From an uncultured Acidobacteriota bacterium (GTDB taxonomy: Bacteria; Acidobacteriota; Vicinamibacteria; Vicinamibacterales; 2-12-FULL-66-21): a stretch of 64,000 nt of DNA. The position numbers and the translations under genes were made by a program. Under the pieces are notes generated by a model. It saw only the letters and a program-made list of their open reading frames with translations. It had not been told where the DNA came from and made no database searches. This document shows positions 47,359-56,714 of this stretch, in pieces; position 1 is the first letter of the stretch; every line of letters starts with the position of its first letter. The stretch spans positions 156,176 to 220,175 of the forward strand of contig CAVRXL010000001.1 of NCBI GenBank assembly GCA_963725145.1, read 5' to 3'.

Positions 47359-48150
47359 ATGGCAGTCCCGATTATCCAGGTCAACGCGTTCACGGCCGAG
47401 CCGTTCAGCGGCAACCCGGCGGCCGTATGCCTCCTGACGCAGTCCCGCGACGCGATCTGGATGCAGCGTGTCGCGCGCGAGATGAACCTGGCCGAGACCG
47501 CCTTCCTGGGTGCGCACGATGACGGATTCGAGCTGCGCTGGTTCACTCCAACAGTGGAAGTGGACCTGTGCGGGCACGCGACGCTTGCCAGCGCGCACGT
47601 GCTCTGGGAGAGCGGCCGGCTTCCCGCCGGCGACATGGCGCGGTTCCACACGCGCAGCGGCCTGCTCACGGCGGCGCGAAAGGGAGACTGGATCGAGCTC
47701 GATTTTCCGTCGACTCCGGCCGAACCGGTGCAGGCGCCGCCGGCGCTCATCGCCGCGCTGGGCGTGTCCCCGCGCTATACCGGCAAGAGCAAATTCGACT
47801 ACCTCATCGAAGTGGACAGCGAACAGACGGTTCGTGGGGTACGGCCCGACTTCAGCGGCCTGAGCAAAATTCCGACCCGGGGTGTGATCGTCACGGCCAA
47901 GTCCGAGTTGGACGAGTTCGATTTCGTCTCGAGGTTCTTCGCTCCCGCGTTCGGCGTCGATGAAGATCCGGTCACCGGATCGGCGCACTGCTGCCTCGCG
48001 CCGTTCTGGAGCGAGCGTCTCGGCAAGTACGAGTTCGTGGCGCGCCAGGTGTCGTCGCGCGGCGGCGTGCTGAAGGTGCGACTCGCGGATGACCGGGTGC
48101 ACCTCGGCGGCCAGGCGGTGACGGTCTGGCGCGGCGAACTGCTCGCCTGA
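47359..48150 (+). CDS. PhzF-family isomerase/epimerase-fold protein
   Basis: IIQVNAFTAEPFSGNPAAVC...ETAFL...LRWFTPTVEVDLCGHATLA...DPVTGSAHCCL are PhzF-family hallmarks. Confidence 0.85.
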   Translation: MAVPIIQVNAFTAEPFSGNPAAVCLLTQSRDAIWMQRVAREMNLAETAFLGAHDDGFELRWFTPTVEVDLCGHATLASAHVLWESGRLPAGDMARFHTRSGLLTAARKGDWIELDFPSTPAEPVQAPPALIAALGVSPRYTGKSKFDYLIEVDSEQTVRGVRPDFSGLSKIPTRGVIVTAKSELDEFDFVSRFFAPAFGVDEDPVTGSAHCCLAPFWSERLGKYEFVARQVSSRGGVLKVRLADDRVHLGGQAVTVWRGELLA

Positions 48151-48153
48151 CGA

Positions 48154-49588
48154 GTGAACATTTTCCTCTCCCACGCCTCCGAGCAGGCCGAGATCGCCGA
48201 GCGCATCGAGGTCGCGCTCCGGAGTGAGGGCCATGCCGTCTTCCTCAGCCGCACGAGCCTGCCGGCGGGCGAGTCGTACAACGATCAAATCCGAGAGGCG
48301 ATTTCCGGCTGCGACCTGTTCGTGTTCCTCGTGAGCCCGGAGGCCGTCGCGAGGGGCCGCTACACGATCACCGAGCTCGAGTTCGCCAGGCAGCGGTGGA
48401 GCAACCCATCGAACCAGATCCTTCCTGTCGTCGTCTCGCCGACCGATCTCACCTCGATCCCGGCGTACCTGAGAGCGGTCACGTTGCTCGAGCCGAAGGG
48501 GAACGTCCCGGCAGCCGTCGCGGCCGCGGTGGCCCGCATGGCGTGGCCGCGCTGGCGCCGGCTCCTCCGGCGGTGGGCGGCACTCCTGGTCGTCGCGGGC
48601 CTGGTCGGCGCCGGCTTCGTTGCCTGGTGGGGCCTGCGGCAACGGGCGACCGCACGGGAGACCTCCGACCTGCTGGAGGCGGGCCGCCTCCAGCACGAGT
48701 CACGACAGGTACAGCGCCACCTGGGATCTTTACGCTCGCGCCGCGGCGCTGTCGTCACGCGATCAGGACATCGTCGCCGCTCGTGAACGACTCGCGATGG
48801 ACTGGCTGGAGAACATTCGGGTCACGGTCGGCAAGAACACGTTTACCGGCGTGGTCGAACAGGTTGAACCCGTGCTGCTGTCGTGCTCAATATCACAGGA
48901 TGCCCGACGCGCGGCCGACTGCCTCGCGCATCTCGGCTGGGCCGACTTCCTTCGCTCGCGTGAGGGGACTGGGGTGGTCGATCCAGTCGATAGGTATCGC
49001 CGGGCGCTGGCCCTTGACCCCGAGAACGTGTACGCCCACTCGATGTGGGGCTTCGAGCTTCTCAGAACTCGCGGCTCCATGGGCGAGGCCAAAGCGCATT
49101 TCGACAGGGCCCTCGCGACCCGCCGGGAACGGGCCTACGTTCGACATCTCGAGCTCGCCGGGTTCTTTTGGGGTCGCGACCCAGAATCAGAAGACGAGGC
49201 GCTGAGAGTAGTGAACGACATGCGCCTTGGAGGCGAGAGTCTCCCGGCCGAGTCGAATGCGGGCAGCCAGGTCGCGTCGCGTCTCTGGATCATCTACTCC
49301 GACCGTGCGCTGAACCGGACCGATCGCCGGCCGTCGGAATCGGCGCCGTCCGCCGCCGACCAGCTCGCCACGTTTCGATGGCTGTTCCCCGAAACGAAGA
49401 TTCCCGCCGACAGACGGCATACAGGCCTGTTCGTCGTGGCAACACTTCAGGAGCAGGCCGGGCAGCGCGCGGACGCGCTGTCGACTTTCCGAACCCTTCA
49501 CGACGCGTTGGCCCGAGAGGGGGCGCTGGCCATGGGAGGTCCTCTCCCGGAGCGGACGGTGGCGGCTGTTCGTCGGCTGGCGAAATAG
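48154..49588 (+). CDS. TIR-domain / single TM helix / TPR-like C-terminal domain protein; frame break ~48700-48712
   Basis: TIR_2-like N-terminus (MNIFLSHASEQAEIAERIEVALRSEGHAVFL...LFVFLVSPEAVARGRYTITELEFA). TM helix WAALLVVAGLVGAGFVAWWGL. The C-terminal helical domain continues in ORF 48620..49588 (YSATWDLYARAAAL...). The GTG start is 3 nt after the phzF-like stop. Confidence 0.75.
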
Positions 49589-49595
49589 ATCGGTC

Positions 49596-49638
49596 CGGCC
49601 AATCGTCGTCCTCGCGGTCGGTACGTTGGCCGTTTTTT
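49596..49638 (+). terminator. Intrinsic terminator candidate after the TIR gene (CGGCCAA...TTGGCCG + T6)
   Basis: 7-bp stem (49596-49602 / 49626-49632) with a large 23-nt loop, followed by TTTTTT at 49633-49638. Lies 8 nt after the stop at 49588. Confidence 0.45.
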
Positions 49639-49766
49639 CCGGACGTAGCCGCGTCCACGGAGAGGCGGATTCACGCCCCCGCCCGCCATTGCATGACTTA
49701 TGACCGTGGCAGGCTGATTGCTATCCACGCCCGTGCCTTTTTCCCCCAATGCGAGTTCCGAACGTC

Positions 49767-49973
49767 ATGGCCCTGAAGTGGCGCAAGAGTCGGCACGACG
49801 TGGAGCGTGAGAACACTCGCCTTCTCGCCGAGATCGCAAATCTCCGCCAGGACAACGAGGACCTCCGCGACGCGGCGACGTCGTGGAGGCGGCTCTACGA
49901 ACGAGCCGTCGAGCGCACACCGACGAACCGCCGGGTGATGCATCCGGCGGCCACCGCGCGTAGACCCTCCTGA
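49767..49973 (+). CDS. Small coiled-coil protein, hypothetical
   Basis: MALKWRKSRHDVERENTRLLAEIANLRQDNEDLRD. Third codon positions are strongly G/C-biased (hand count about 55 of 67). No homology recognised. Confidence 0.35.
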   Translation: MALKWRKSRHDVERENTRLLAEIANLRQDNEDLRDAATSWRRLYERAVERTPTNRRVMHPAATARRPS

Positions 49974-50013
49974 GGGGCTGCGCGATCCTCGGCTTTTACC
50001 CCGGAGTCCCGCT

Positions 50014-52023
50014 ATGAAAACGCGCGTCGTGTGGCTGCTCCTTTCGCTGGCGATGTCCTGGTTCGTGATCTCTGCCCCGGCCGCGCGCGGCGGAGACGAA
50101 CCTCTGTTTCGCGTTCGGATCGAAGCTGTCGATCCCGCCGCCCTCAAATCGGCGCTCGAGCGCGCCGGATATGACGTCCTGGGGGTGGATGAATCGACCT
50201 CCACCGTGGACGTCGCCGCATCCGGCGCCGAACTGTCGGCGCTGAAGAAAAATGGCGTCTCCTTCGTCATCGTCGACCAAGGAAGGCCGCTCGGAGCCGC
50301 TTTCCTGACGACCCCCGCCCTGTCACCCGGCTCTCCGACAGAGGCAGGCCTCCCCGTGCTACCCAACACGTACCTCGATCTCGCCGGCATCATCACCAGG
50401 ATGGAGGAGATTGCCGCGGCCTATCCGGCAATTGTGCAGCTCGTCGACATCACGGCGACCTACGGCACGCCGCCGACGGCCCAGGGCCGTCACCTGTTTG
50501 CGCTGAAGATCTCCGACAACGTCGAAGTGGACGAGGACGAACCGGCGATGCTGATCGTGGCCAACTTCCACGCGCGGGAGATCATCACGCCCATCATCGC
50601 TTTGACCGCGGCCGACCGCTTGACGGCCGGCTACGGGACCGATCAGCCGATCACGTCGGCGGTAGACGGCCACGAGATCTGGATCGCTCCCACGTGGAAT
50701 CCGGACGGCTACAACCACGTGTTCACGACCGACAACATGTGGAGGAAGAACCGCAGGGTTTTCTCGAACGGCGTCGGAGTGGACCAGAACCGCAACTTCC
50801 CGCAGGGTTGGGGATCGTCCTGCGCCGGCAGCACCAGCGTCAACTCGGAGACGTATAAGGGGCCCTCCGCCGCATCCGAAGCGGAAACGCAAACGTTGAT
50901 GACCTGGTCGCAGGCGGAGCGGTTCGCAAAAGTGATCGACTACCACTCCAGCGGCCGGGAGGTCCTGTACTGGTACAGATGTCTGAGCCACCCGTTCACG
51001 AGCTGGATGCGACAGGAGGCAATCGCGCTCTCCCAGGTCTCCGGTTACGGCGGCGCGACGCGCGCCCCGAGCGCAGAGGGAGAACACTACGAGTGGCAGC
51101 TCGCCCGGATGGGCGCCTACGCATTCCTGATCGAGACGCACACGGAGTTCCAACCGCCCTACGAGAGCGGGGTGGCTGAAGCCAACATGCTCTGGCCCGG
51201 GATTCTTTCGGTCCTTGGACGACCGATCTCGATCCAGGGCCATGTGACCGATGCTGCGACGGGAAACCCGTTGGCGGCCCGGATCGACATTCTCAACGTC
51301 GCCTTCTCGAACGGGGAAACGAACGGCAGCGGGGGCCAGTACGGGTCGTACCACATGTTCCTGCCGCCTGGAACCTACGACGTCCGGTTCTCGGCGCCCG
51401 GGTATGCACCGCTCGTGAACCGCGTCAGCGTGACCGCAACGTCTTCAACCGAGCTCGACGTTCAGCTGACCGCCGCCGCGCCCGAGGTTGTGGTCTTCGC
51501 GGACACCTTCGAAACGAACCTGGGTTGGACGAGGAATCCAGGCGGCACCGACACCGCGACGACCGGCCTCTGGGAGCGTGGCGATCCGCAGTCGACGTCT
51601 TCAGAGGGACCCAAGCAGCTCGGAGCGACCGTCAGCGGCCTCAACGATCTCGCGACCGGTCGGCTGGCCGGTTCCTCGGCCGGCGTGCACGATCTCGATG
51701 GCGGCACGACCTCGATCGAATCCCCGGCCGTCGTCCTGCCGTCGACCGGGACCCTGACGCTGAGTTTCAGCTATTACCTGGCGCACGGATCGAACGCGTC
51801 GAGCGCCGATTACCTGCGAGTGACGATCGTCGGCGACACGACGACGACGGTTTTCGAGGAGCGCGGCGATCCTGCGGATGACGACGGCGTGTGGGCTACG
51901 GCTATCGTCAACCTGAGCGCCTTCGCGGGCCAGACTGTTCGGATACTCGTCGAAGCGGCTGACGCAGGCGGCGCGAGCCTCGTCGAGGCAGCGATAGACG
52001 ATGTGAGGATCGTCCGGCAGTAG
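50014..52023 (+). CDS. Exported M14-family zinc carboxypeptidase with CarboxypepD_reg and C-terminal beta-sandwich domains
   Basis: Signal peptide. HxxE zinc motif (NFHAREIITP), NPDGY and QNRNFP. CarboxypepD_reg-like IQGHVTDAATGNPLAARIDIL. Confidence 0.85.
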   Translation: MKTRVVWLLLSLAMSWFVISAPAARGGDEPLFRVRIEAVDPAALKSALERAGYDVLGVDESTSTVDVAASGAELSALKKNGVSFVIVDQGRPLGAAFLTTPALSPGSPTEAGLPVLPNTYLDLAGIITRMEEIAAAYPAIVQLVDITATYGTPPTAQGRHLFALKISDNVEVDEDEPAMLIVANFHAREIITPIIALTAADRLTAGYGTDQPITSAVDGHEIWIAPTWNPDGYNHVFTTDNMWRKNRRVFSNGVGVDQNRNFPQGWGSSCAGSTSVNSETYKGPSAASEAETQTLMTWSQAERFAKVIDYHSSGREVLYWYRCLSHPFTSWMRQEAIALSQVSGYGGATRAPSAEGEHYEWQLARMGAYAFLIETHTEFQPPYESGVAEANMLWPGILSVLGRPISIQGHVTDAATGNPLAARIDILNVAFSNGETNGSGGQYGSYHMFLPPGTYDVRFSAPGYAPLVNRVSVTATSSTELDVQLTAAAPEVVVFADTFETNLGWTRNPGGTDTATTGLWERGDPQSTSSEGPKQLGATVSGLNDLATGRLAGSSAGVHDLDGGTTSIESPAVVLPSTGTLTLSFSYYLAHGSNASSADYLRVTIVGDTTTTVFEERGDPADDDGVWATAIVNLSAFAGQTVRILVEAADAGGASLVEAAIDDVRIVRQ

Positions 52024-52032
52024 AGCAGTAGC

Positions 52033-52050
52033 GCAGGCCTTTAGGCCTGC
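52033..52050. terminator. REP-like hairpin GCAGGCCT-TT-AGGCCTGC between convergent genes
   Basis: 8-bp perfect stem preceded by GTAG-C on the plus strand (52028-52032). Lies 10 nt after the M14 stop. Confidence 0.55.
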
Positions 52051-52256
52051 TGAGCCATCTCGGGGTGAGCGCGACGCAGGAACGTGCCGTCGCGCTCTTC
52101 CGTCAGGAAGGTCGATCGAACGAGCGACGTCAGGACGATCTCGCATTCGTTCGGATCGAGACGCCACAACCGCTGCGCCTGCCACCGAGTCAGGCGCAGG
52201 CCGGGCAGCTCCTCGTACTCGCGGCGAACGCGCTGCAGCAGCTGATCGAGGGGCAT
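52041..52256 (-). CDS. Small conserved-looking protein (possible winged-helix), hypothetical
   Basis: MPLDQLLQRVRREYEELPGLRLTRWQAQRLWRLDPNECEIVLTSLVRSTFL. Its stop codon sits in the loop of hairpin 52033..52050. Confidence 0.45.
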   Translation of the reverse strand: MPLDQLLQRVRREYEELPGLRLTRWQAQRLWRLDPNECEIVLTSLVRSTFLTEERDGTFLRRAHPEMAQQA

Positions 52257-52448
52257 CGCTCGGCTGCAGAGCAAGAGCGTCGCCAACCGGACCGGGGCTT
52301 TTCAGGCCTGAACAACGACTTACTGAAAACGCTCCTGCACCGCCGCGAGACAGCGATCGGACCTGCGGGGCCGCGAAGTGCAGCAGTGACGCCTGGTTAT
52401 GAGCCGTTGTCCTGAACTGAGCCAGCAGTGTCTCTGGGTGAGCCACAG

Positions 52449-52476
52449 CGCCGTAGCGCGAAGCGCGAAGGCGGGC
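52449..52476. repeat. 28-nt intergenic repeat CGCCGTAGCGCGAAGCGCGAAGGCGGGC, copy 2
   Basis: 27 of 28 positions identical to 9387..9414. Abuts the TAA stop of the GH2 gene (52477). Confidence 0.7.
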
Positions 52477-54318
52477 TTACTGAACGAAAATCTTCCGCAG
52501 GACCTCCGGATCCGCCTTCGGCTTGCGGTCGTACGTCATCACTCCATTGATCTCCTGCTCGACGTCCGTGAGCTGGGTGTAGCAGTAGCCGGCCCACGCG
52601 CGGTTGTCGCGGATCGCTTTGACAAGGCCCGCCAGCCGATCGAGAAACGCCTGCTGCGTCGGCTCGATGCCGGAGTAGCCCCATTCGTTCTTGGCCTGGG
52701 GCGCGCCCATTCGGAAGGCGATGCCGCCGAACTCGGTGAGCAGGAAGGGCGTGCCGTTGTACTTGTAGCCGTGCGCCAGCGCTTCCCTGCCGTTCCGCGG
52801 GATCCTGGCTGGCTCGCGCGTGAGGTGCTCGTACCTGGCGGCGAGCTCCTGACCGGTTCGGGCGTAGTCGTGGAGCGTCATCAAGTCGGTCGCGTCGGTG
52901 TGCTCCCACCCGTCGTTGTCGACCACGAGCCGCGTCGCGTCGAGCGAGCGCGTCAGGCGGTACAGGCTCTTGACGTGCTCCTGCTGCGTGGCGTCGGTCA
53001 GGACATCCGGCACGCCCCAGCTCTCGTTGATCGGCACCCAGGCCACGATGCTGGGATGGTTGTAGTCGCGCGCCACCGCCTCCTGCCACTCGCCCACGAA
53101 ACGCGAGACGTACTCCGGCGAATAGAAATAGGCGTTTGCCATTTCCCCCCAGACGAGGAGGCCCATCCGGTCGGCCCAGTACAGCCACCTCGGATCCTCC
53201 ACCTTCTGGTGCTTGCGGGCGCCGTTGAAGCCCATCGCCTTCGTCATCTTGATGTCGTACTGGATGGCTTCTTCGCTTGGCGGCGTGAGCAGGCTCTCGG
53301 GCCAATAGCCCTGATCCAGCACGAGCCGAAGATAGTACGGCGCGTTGTTCAGATAGACGCGGCCGTCATGGACGCCGACCTTCCGGAGCCCGACATAAGA
53401 GCTCACGACGTCTCGGACCTGGGATCCCGTCAAGAGCTCGATGGTGGCGTCGTACAACGTTGGGCGCTCGGGGCTCCAGAGCTCCTGCCTGTCCAGCGAA
53501 AGCACGGTCGCGCATCCCCGCGTCCCGCACGCGCTCTCCGACTGCGCGACCGGCTCGCCTCGCAACTTGAGCGAGACGCGCAGCCGCTGGTCGGCGGCGG
53601 CCGTTGCGGGGGCAGCCTGCACGAGCACCTGCGCGCGATCGACGTCCGGCGTCATGCGGAGCGCCGTGATGCGGGTCGGCTGCACCGCTTCGATCCAGAC
53701 CGGCTGCCAGATGCCGGTGGTGCGCGTATAGAAGATCGACTCGGAGGTCTCCTTCCAGTACTGCTTGCCGCGCGGAATCGTGCGGTCCGTGGACGGATCC
53801 TCGACGCGGACAGTGACGACGTTGTCCGAGGGCTTCAACCAGTCCGTGATGTCTGCGCCAAACGGCGTGTGCCCTCCGCGATGCGCCGCCGCCTGCTCGC
53901 CGTTCACCCACACCGTTGCCACGTAATCGACGGCGCCGAAGTTCAGCAGCACTCGCCTGCCCTGCCAGGCCGCGGGGACCTCGAACGTCCGGCGATACCA
54001 GACGATGTCGTGGAAGGTGGGATCGCCAATCCCGCTCAGGCGGGTCTGAAACGCATAGGGGACCACGATCCGTTTCGCAAAGGGGCGATCGCGCCGGAAC
54101 CAGCGTTCAGCCAGTCCGCGGTCGGCATCATCGAACTCGAACTCCCAGCTGCCGTTGAGCGTGCGCCAGTCTGCGCGCGTGAAGTCGGGACGAGGATGCT
54201 CGCCCCGGGGCGTGACGGGCTGGGCGATCGGCGTCGAATCGGCCGCCAGGAGCGCCGCAAGCAACAGCCACCAGGGTCTGGGCGATTGAGCAGGTTTCAC
54301 GTTGGCGGACTCTACCAC
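52477..54318 (-). CDS. Exported glycoside hydrolase family 2 (beta-galactosidase/glucuronidase-like)
   Basis: GH2 sugar-binding, Ig-like and TIM-barrel order. Acid/base WVPINESWG and nucleophile LLTEFGG. GTG starts at 54318 or 54300. Confidence 0.85.
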   Translation of the reverse strand: MVESANVKPAQSPRPWWLLLAALLAADSTPIAQPVTPRGEHPRPDFTRADWRTLNGSWEFEFDDADRGLAERWFRRDRPFAKRIVVPYAFQTRLSGIGDPTFHDIVWYRRTFEVPAAWQGRRVLLNFGAVDYVATVWVNGEQAAAHRGGHTPFGADITDWLKPSDNVVTVRVEDPSTDRTIPRGKQYWKETSESIFYTRTTGIWQPVWIEAVQPTRITALRMTPDVDRAQVLVQAAPATAAADQRLRVSLKLRGEPVAQSESACGTRGCATVLSLDRQELWSPERPTLYDATIELLTGSQVRDVVSSYVGLRKVGVHDGRVYLNNAPYYLRLVLDQGYWPESLLTPPSEEAIQYDIKMTKAMGFNGARKHQKVEDPRWLYWADRMGLLVWGEMANAYFYSPEYVSRFVGEWQEAVARDYNHPSIVAWVPINESWGVPDVLTDATQQEHVKSLYRLTRSLDATRLVVDNDGWEHTDATDLMTLHDYARTGQELAARYEHLTREPARIPRNGREALAHGYKYNGTPFLLTEFGGIAFRMGAPQAKNEWGYSGIEPTQQAFLDRLAGLVKAIRDNRAWAGYCYTQLTDVEQEINGVMTYDRKPKADPEVLRKIFVQ

Positions 54319-54452
54319 TTACAGAAAAGGTACGCACCGTACCGAACTGTTACGCTTGTCGGGCCATATCTTCAATCTATGTGGTGATTTCCGGGACATT
54401 GCCCCGGTCCCGGATTTGCTCGGCAACGTCCTTTCTTCTCACTCCTCCTCTC

Positions 54453-56681
54453 ATGGAATTTCGGGATTTCGCGGCAACCGAGACCTCGGCGCTCATCTCG
54501 CGGCTCTTTGGCCGGCGGTCGGAAGAATCCCTTCAACAGCTTCGAACGGTGCGGGAGGCGCTCGCCGCCGCCGAGCAGGCGCTCGAAGAGTCCCCCAAGG
54601 TCGACAAGGATATTCGCGAGTTCGTCGGGCGCATCGTCAACGCCGCCGGCGCGGCGATCAAACACGTCCGGGAAGAATCGAAGGCCGCCCTCGAGTCGGT
54701 CCGGGGGGAGCTGGCCACCGAGCGCGCCGAACGCGAGAAGCTCGCGAAGGCCCTGACGCAGCTCCAGGACAAAGCGGACGACCTGAGCGCGAAGCTGCGC
54801 CAGGAGCGGGATCGTGCCGTGGCGGCCGAGCGCGACCTCGGCGCGACGCGCGAGGCGCACGCCGAAGTGGACGCGGAACGCCAGAAGGCGGAGGAACTGC
54901 TCGACGCCGCCAACGCCGAAAACGCGGCGCTCAGTAATCAACTCATCGAAGAGACGGCGACTGCGTTTTCGATCAGGAGCGAGCTGGCCGTCCTCCAGCA
55001 GGGAGTCGACGCCGCCAACGCCAAGGCCAAGGAAGCGGCCGCGCAGATCGCGGCGGCCAAGGCGGCCGCCGAGCGCGAAATCAAGGAAGCCACCGCGCAG
55101 CATGCCAGGGCACGCGCGGCCGCCGAACGCGAGCTGAAAGAGGCCAACGAGCAGATGGCCGCGGTCAAGGCCGCCGCCGAGCGCGAAATCAAGGAAGCCA
55201 CCGCGCAGCATGCCAAGGCACGCGCGGGCGCTGAACGCGAGCTGAAAGAGGCCAACGAGCAGATGGCCGCGGCCAAGGCCGCCGCCGAGCGCGAAGTCAA
55301 GGAAACCACCGCGCAGCATGCCAAAGCACTGGCGGCCGCGGAACGCGAGGTGAGAGAGAATGCAGAGCAGTTGGCCGCGGTCAAGGCCGCCGCCGAGCGC
55401 GAAATCAAGGAAAGCACCGCGCAGCTTGCCAAGGTACAGGCGGCAGCAGAGCGCGAGGTGAGCGAGCTGACCGAGCAGCTGACCGAAATGGGCGAGGCCA
55501 GGGAGGCCGCGGATCGGGAGCTTCAGGAGGTGCGCGAGAAGCTGGAGACGACGCAGGCGGACGTCGGGCGGCTCGGCGCGCAGCTCGAAGCGAGCGCGGG
55601 CGAGAGAGGCCGGCTCCTCACCAGCTTGAGCGCTGCCCAGGGAGAGCTCGGCACCGCGCAGGAACAGCGCGAAGGCCTCGCGGCGCAGCTGAAGTCGAGC
55701 CAGGCGCGGAGTCAGACGCTCGAGCGCTCCGAATCGCACCATGTTGAGCAGATCCGACAGCTCGAGGCCAAGCTGAAAGAGACCACCCAGGCGGAAGCCG
55801 CGCTCCGATCGCAGGCGGCGAGTCACCAGCAGGAATCGGCGGGGCGCCAGGCCGAGATCGCGACGCTCGGCCAGGAAGCGGAGCGCGCGCGCGCGGTGTT
55901 CGACGCCTGTCTGCGGGGCGCCGAGGAGCTCGGCGCCGCCACCACCGTCGCCGCGCTGCTCGGCGCGCTCGCGAAGCAGTTGGCCACGCAGTTCTCACGC
56001 GTTGCCGTGTTCCGGCTGAAGGGGAACCGCCTCGAGGGAGAGCACCAGGTCGGTTTCGACCAGACGAAGGATGTCACGAAGCTCATCATCCCGCTCTCGA
56101 TGGACTCGATGATCACGCGGGTCGTGAGCTCCGGCGCCGTCGAAAGCGTCGCCGGGAAGCAACCGATCGAGGCTGGCACGCCGCTCGGCGGAACGCCGTC
56201 GACCGCCGTCTCGCTGCCGATCGTGTTTCACGGGCAGACGATTGCCGTGGTCTACGCGGACGACTCAGGACAGAAGGCGGCGTCCCAGGCGGCGGGGGGA
56301 GCGGACTCGCGCGTCGGGTTCGCGAGGGTCATGCTCGCCCAGACCGGCGTCCTGCTGCTGCGGCTCACGCACGAACTGAAAACGCTCGCCGATCTTCGCG
56401 AGTACGCGGCCCAGCTTCTCCAGGAAGCGGCGCAGATGCACTCCGTCGACGCCGCGGCGGGAAAGAACGCCGACGAAGTGCGCCGTCGCCTGAAGGGCAC
56501 GATCGACTGGGCGCGGCAGCTCTTCGCCGAGCGTGTGACGCTCGCGGGCGGCCTCGGCGCGGCCGTACTCGACGAACAGATCGGCGCCAATCTCGAGAAA
56601 CAAGCGACGCCGTTCGCGAAAGATCTCGCCGTCGTCGTCGGCCGCGCGCGCGGACCGCAGCGCGCCGCCGAAGCGTCCTAG
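54453..56681 (+). CDS. Long coiled-coil protein with four 36-aa tandem repeats and a C-terminal GAF-like domain
   Basis: Heptad-rich Ala/Glu/Lys/Arg sequence for ~480 aa. The C-terminal VAVFRLKGNRLEGEHQVGFD...LPIVFHGQTIAVVYADD resembles GAF. Start taken at MEFRDFAATE. Confidence 0.75.
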   Translation: MEFRDFAATETSALISRLFGRRSEESLQQLRTVREALAAAEQALEESPKVDKDIREFVGRIVNAAGAAIKHVREESKAALESVRGELATERAEREKLAKALTQLQDKADDLSAKLRQERDRAVAAERDLGATREAHAEVDAERQKAEELLDAANAENAALSNQLIEETATAFSIRSELAVLQQGVDAANAKAKEAAAQIAAAKAAAEREIKEATAQHARARAAAERELKEANEQMAAVKAAAEREIKEATAQHAKARAGAERELKEANEQMAAAKAAAEREVKETTAQHAKALAAAEREVRENAEQLAAVKAAAEREIKESTAQLAKVQAAAEREVSELTEQLTEMGEAREAADRELQEVREKLETTQADVGRLGAQLEASAGERGRLLTSLSAAQGELGTAQEQREGLAAQLKSSQARSQTLERSESHHVEQIRQLEAKLKETTQAEAALRSQAASHQQESAGRQAEIATLGQEAERARAVFDACLRGAEELGAATTVAALLGALAKQLATQFSRVAVFRLKGNRLEGEHQVGFDQTKDVTKLIIPLSMDSMITRVVSSGAVESVAGKQPIEAGTPLGGTPSTAVSLPIVFHGQTIAVVYADDSGQKAASQAAGGADSRVGFARVMLAQTGVLLLRLTHELKTLADLREYAAQLLQEAAQMHSVDAAAGKNADEVRRRLKGTIDWARQLFAERVTLAGGLGAAVLDEQIGANLEKQATPFAKDLAVVVGRARGPQRAAEAS
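55062..55493 (+). repeat. Four in-frame tandem copies of a 108-nt (36-aa) unit inside the coiled-coil gene
   Basis: Units start at 55062, 55170, 55278 and 55386. Peptide unit: AAAEREIKEATAQHAKARAAAERELKEANEQMAAVK. Copies 1-2 are near-identical at the DNA level; copies 3-4 are more diverged. Confidence 0.85.
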
Positions 56682-56714
56682 CCAGCTCCGCCCACCTCAG
56701 CCGTTCACTCGCCG

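Noticed and set aside
2655-48712. Programmed ribosomal frameshifting or transcriptional slippage as an explanation for the frame breaks.
   Set aside because: No slippery heptamers or downstream pseudoknots are visible and the sites are heterogeneous. The genes affected (DinB, permease, hydrolases) are not known to use recoding. Sequencing indels or pseudogenisation are simpler explanations.
55062-55493. Regular tandem repeats and the CACAGAG element (43244..43390) considered as CRISPR arrays.
   Set aside because: The 108-nt repeats are contiguous, in-frame coding units without spacers. The CACAGAG element is a single palindrome. No cas genes are present.
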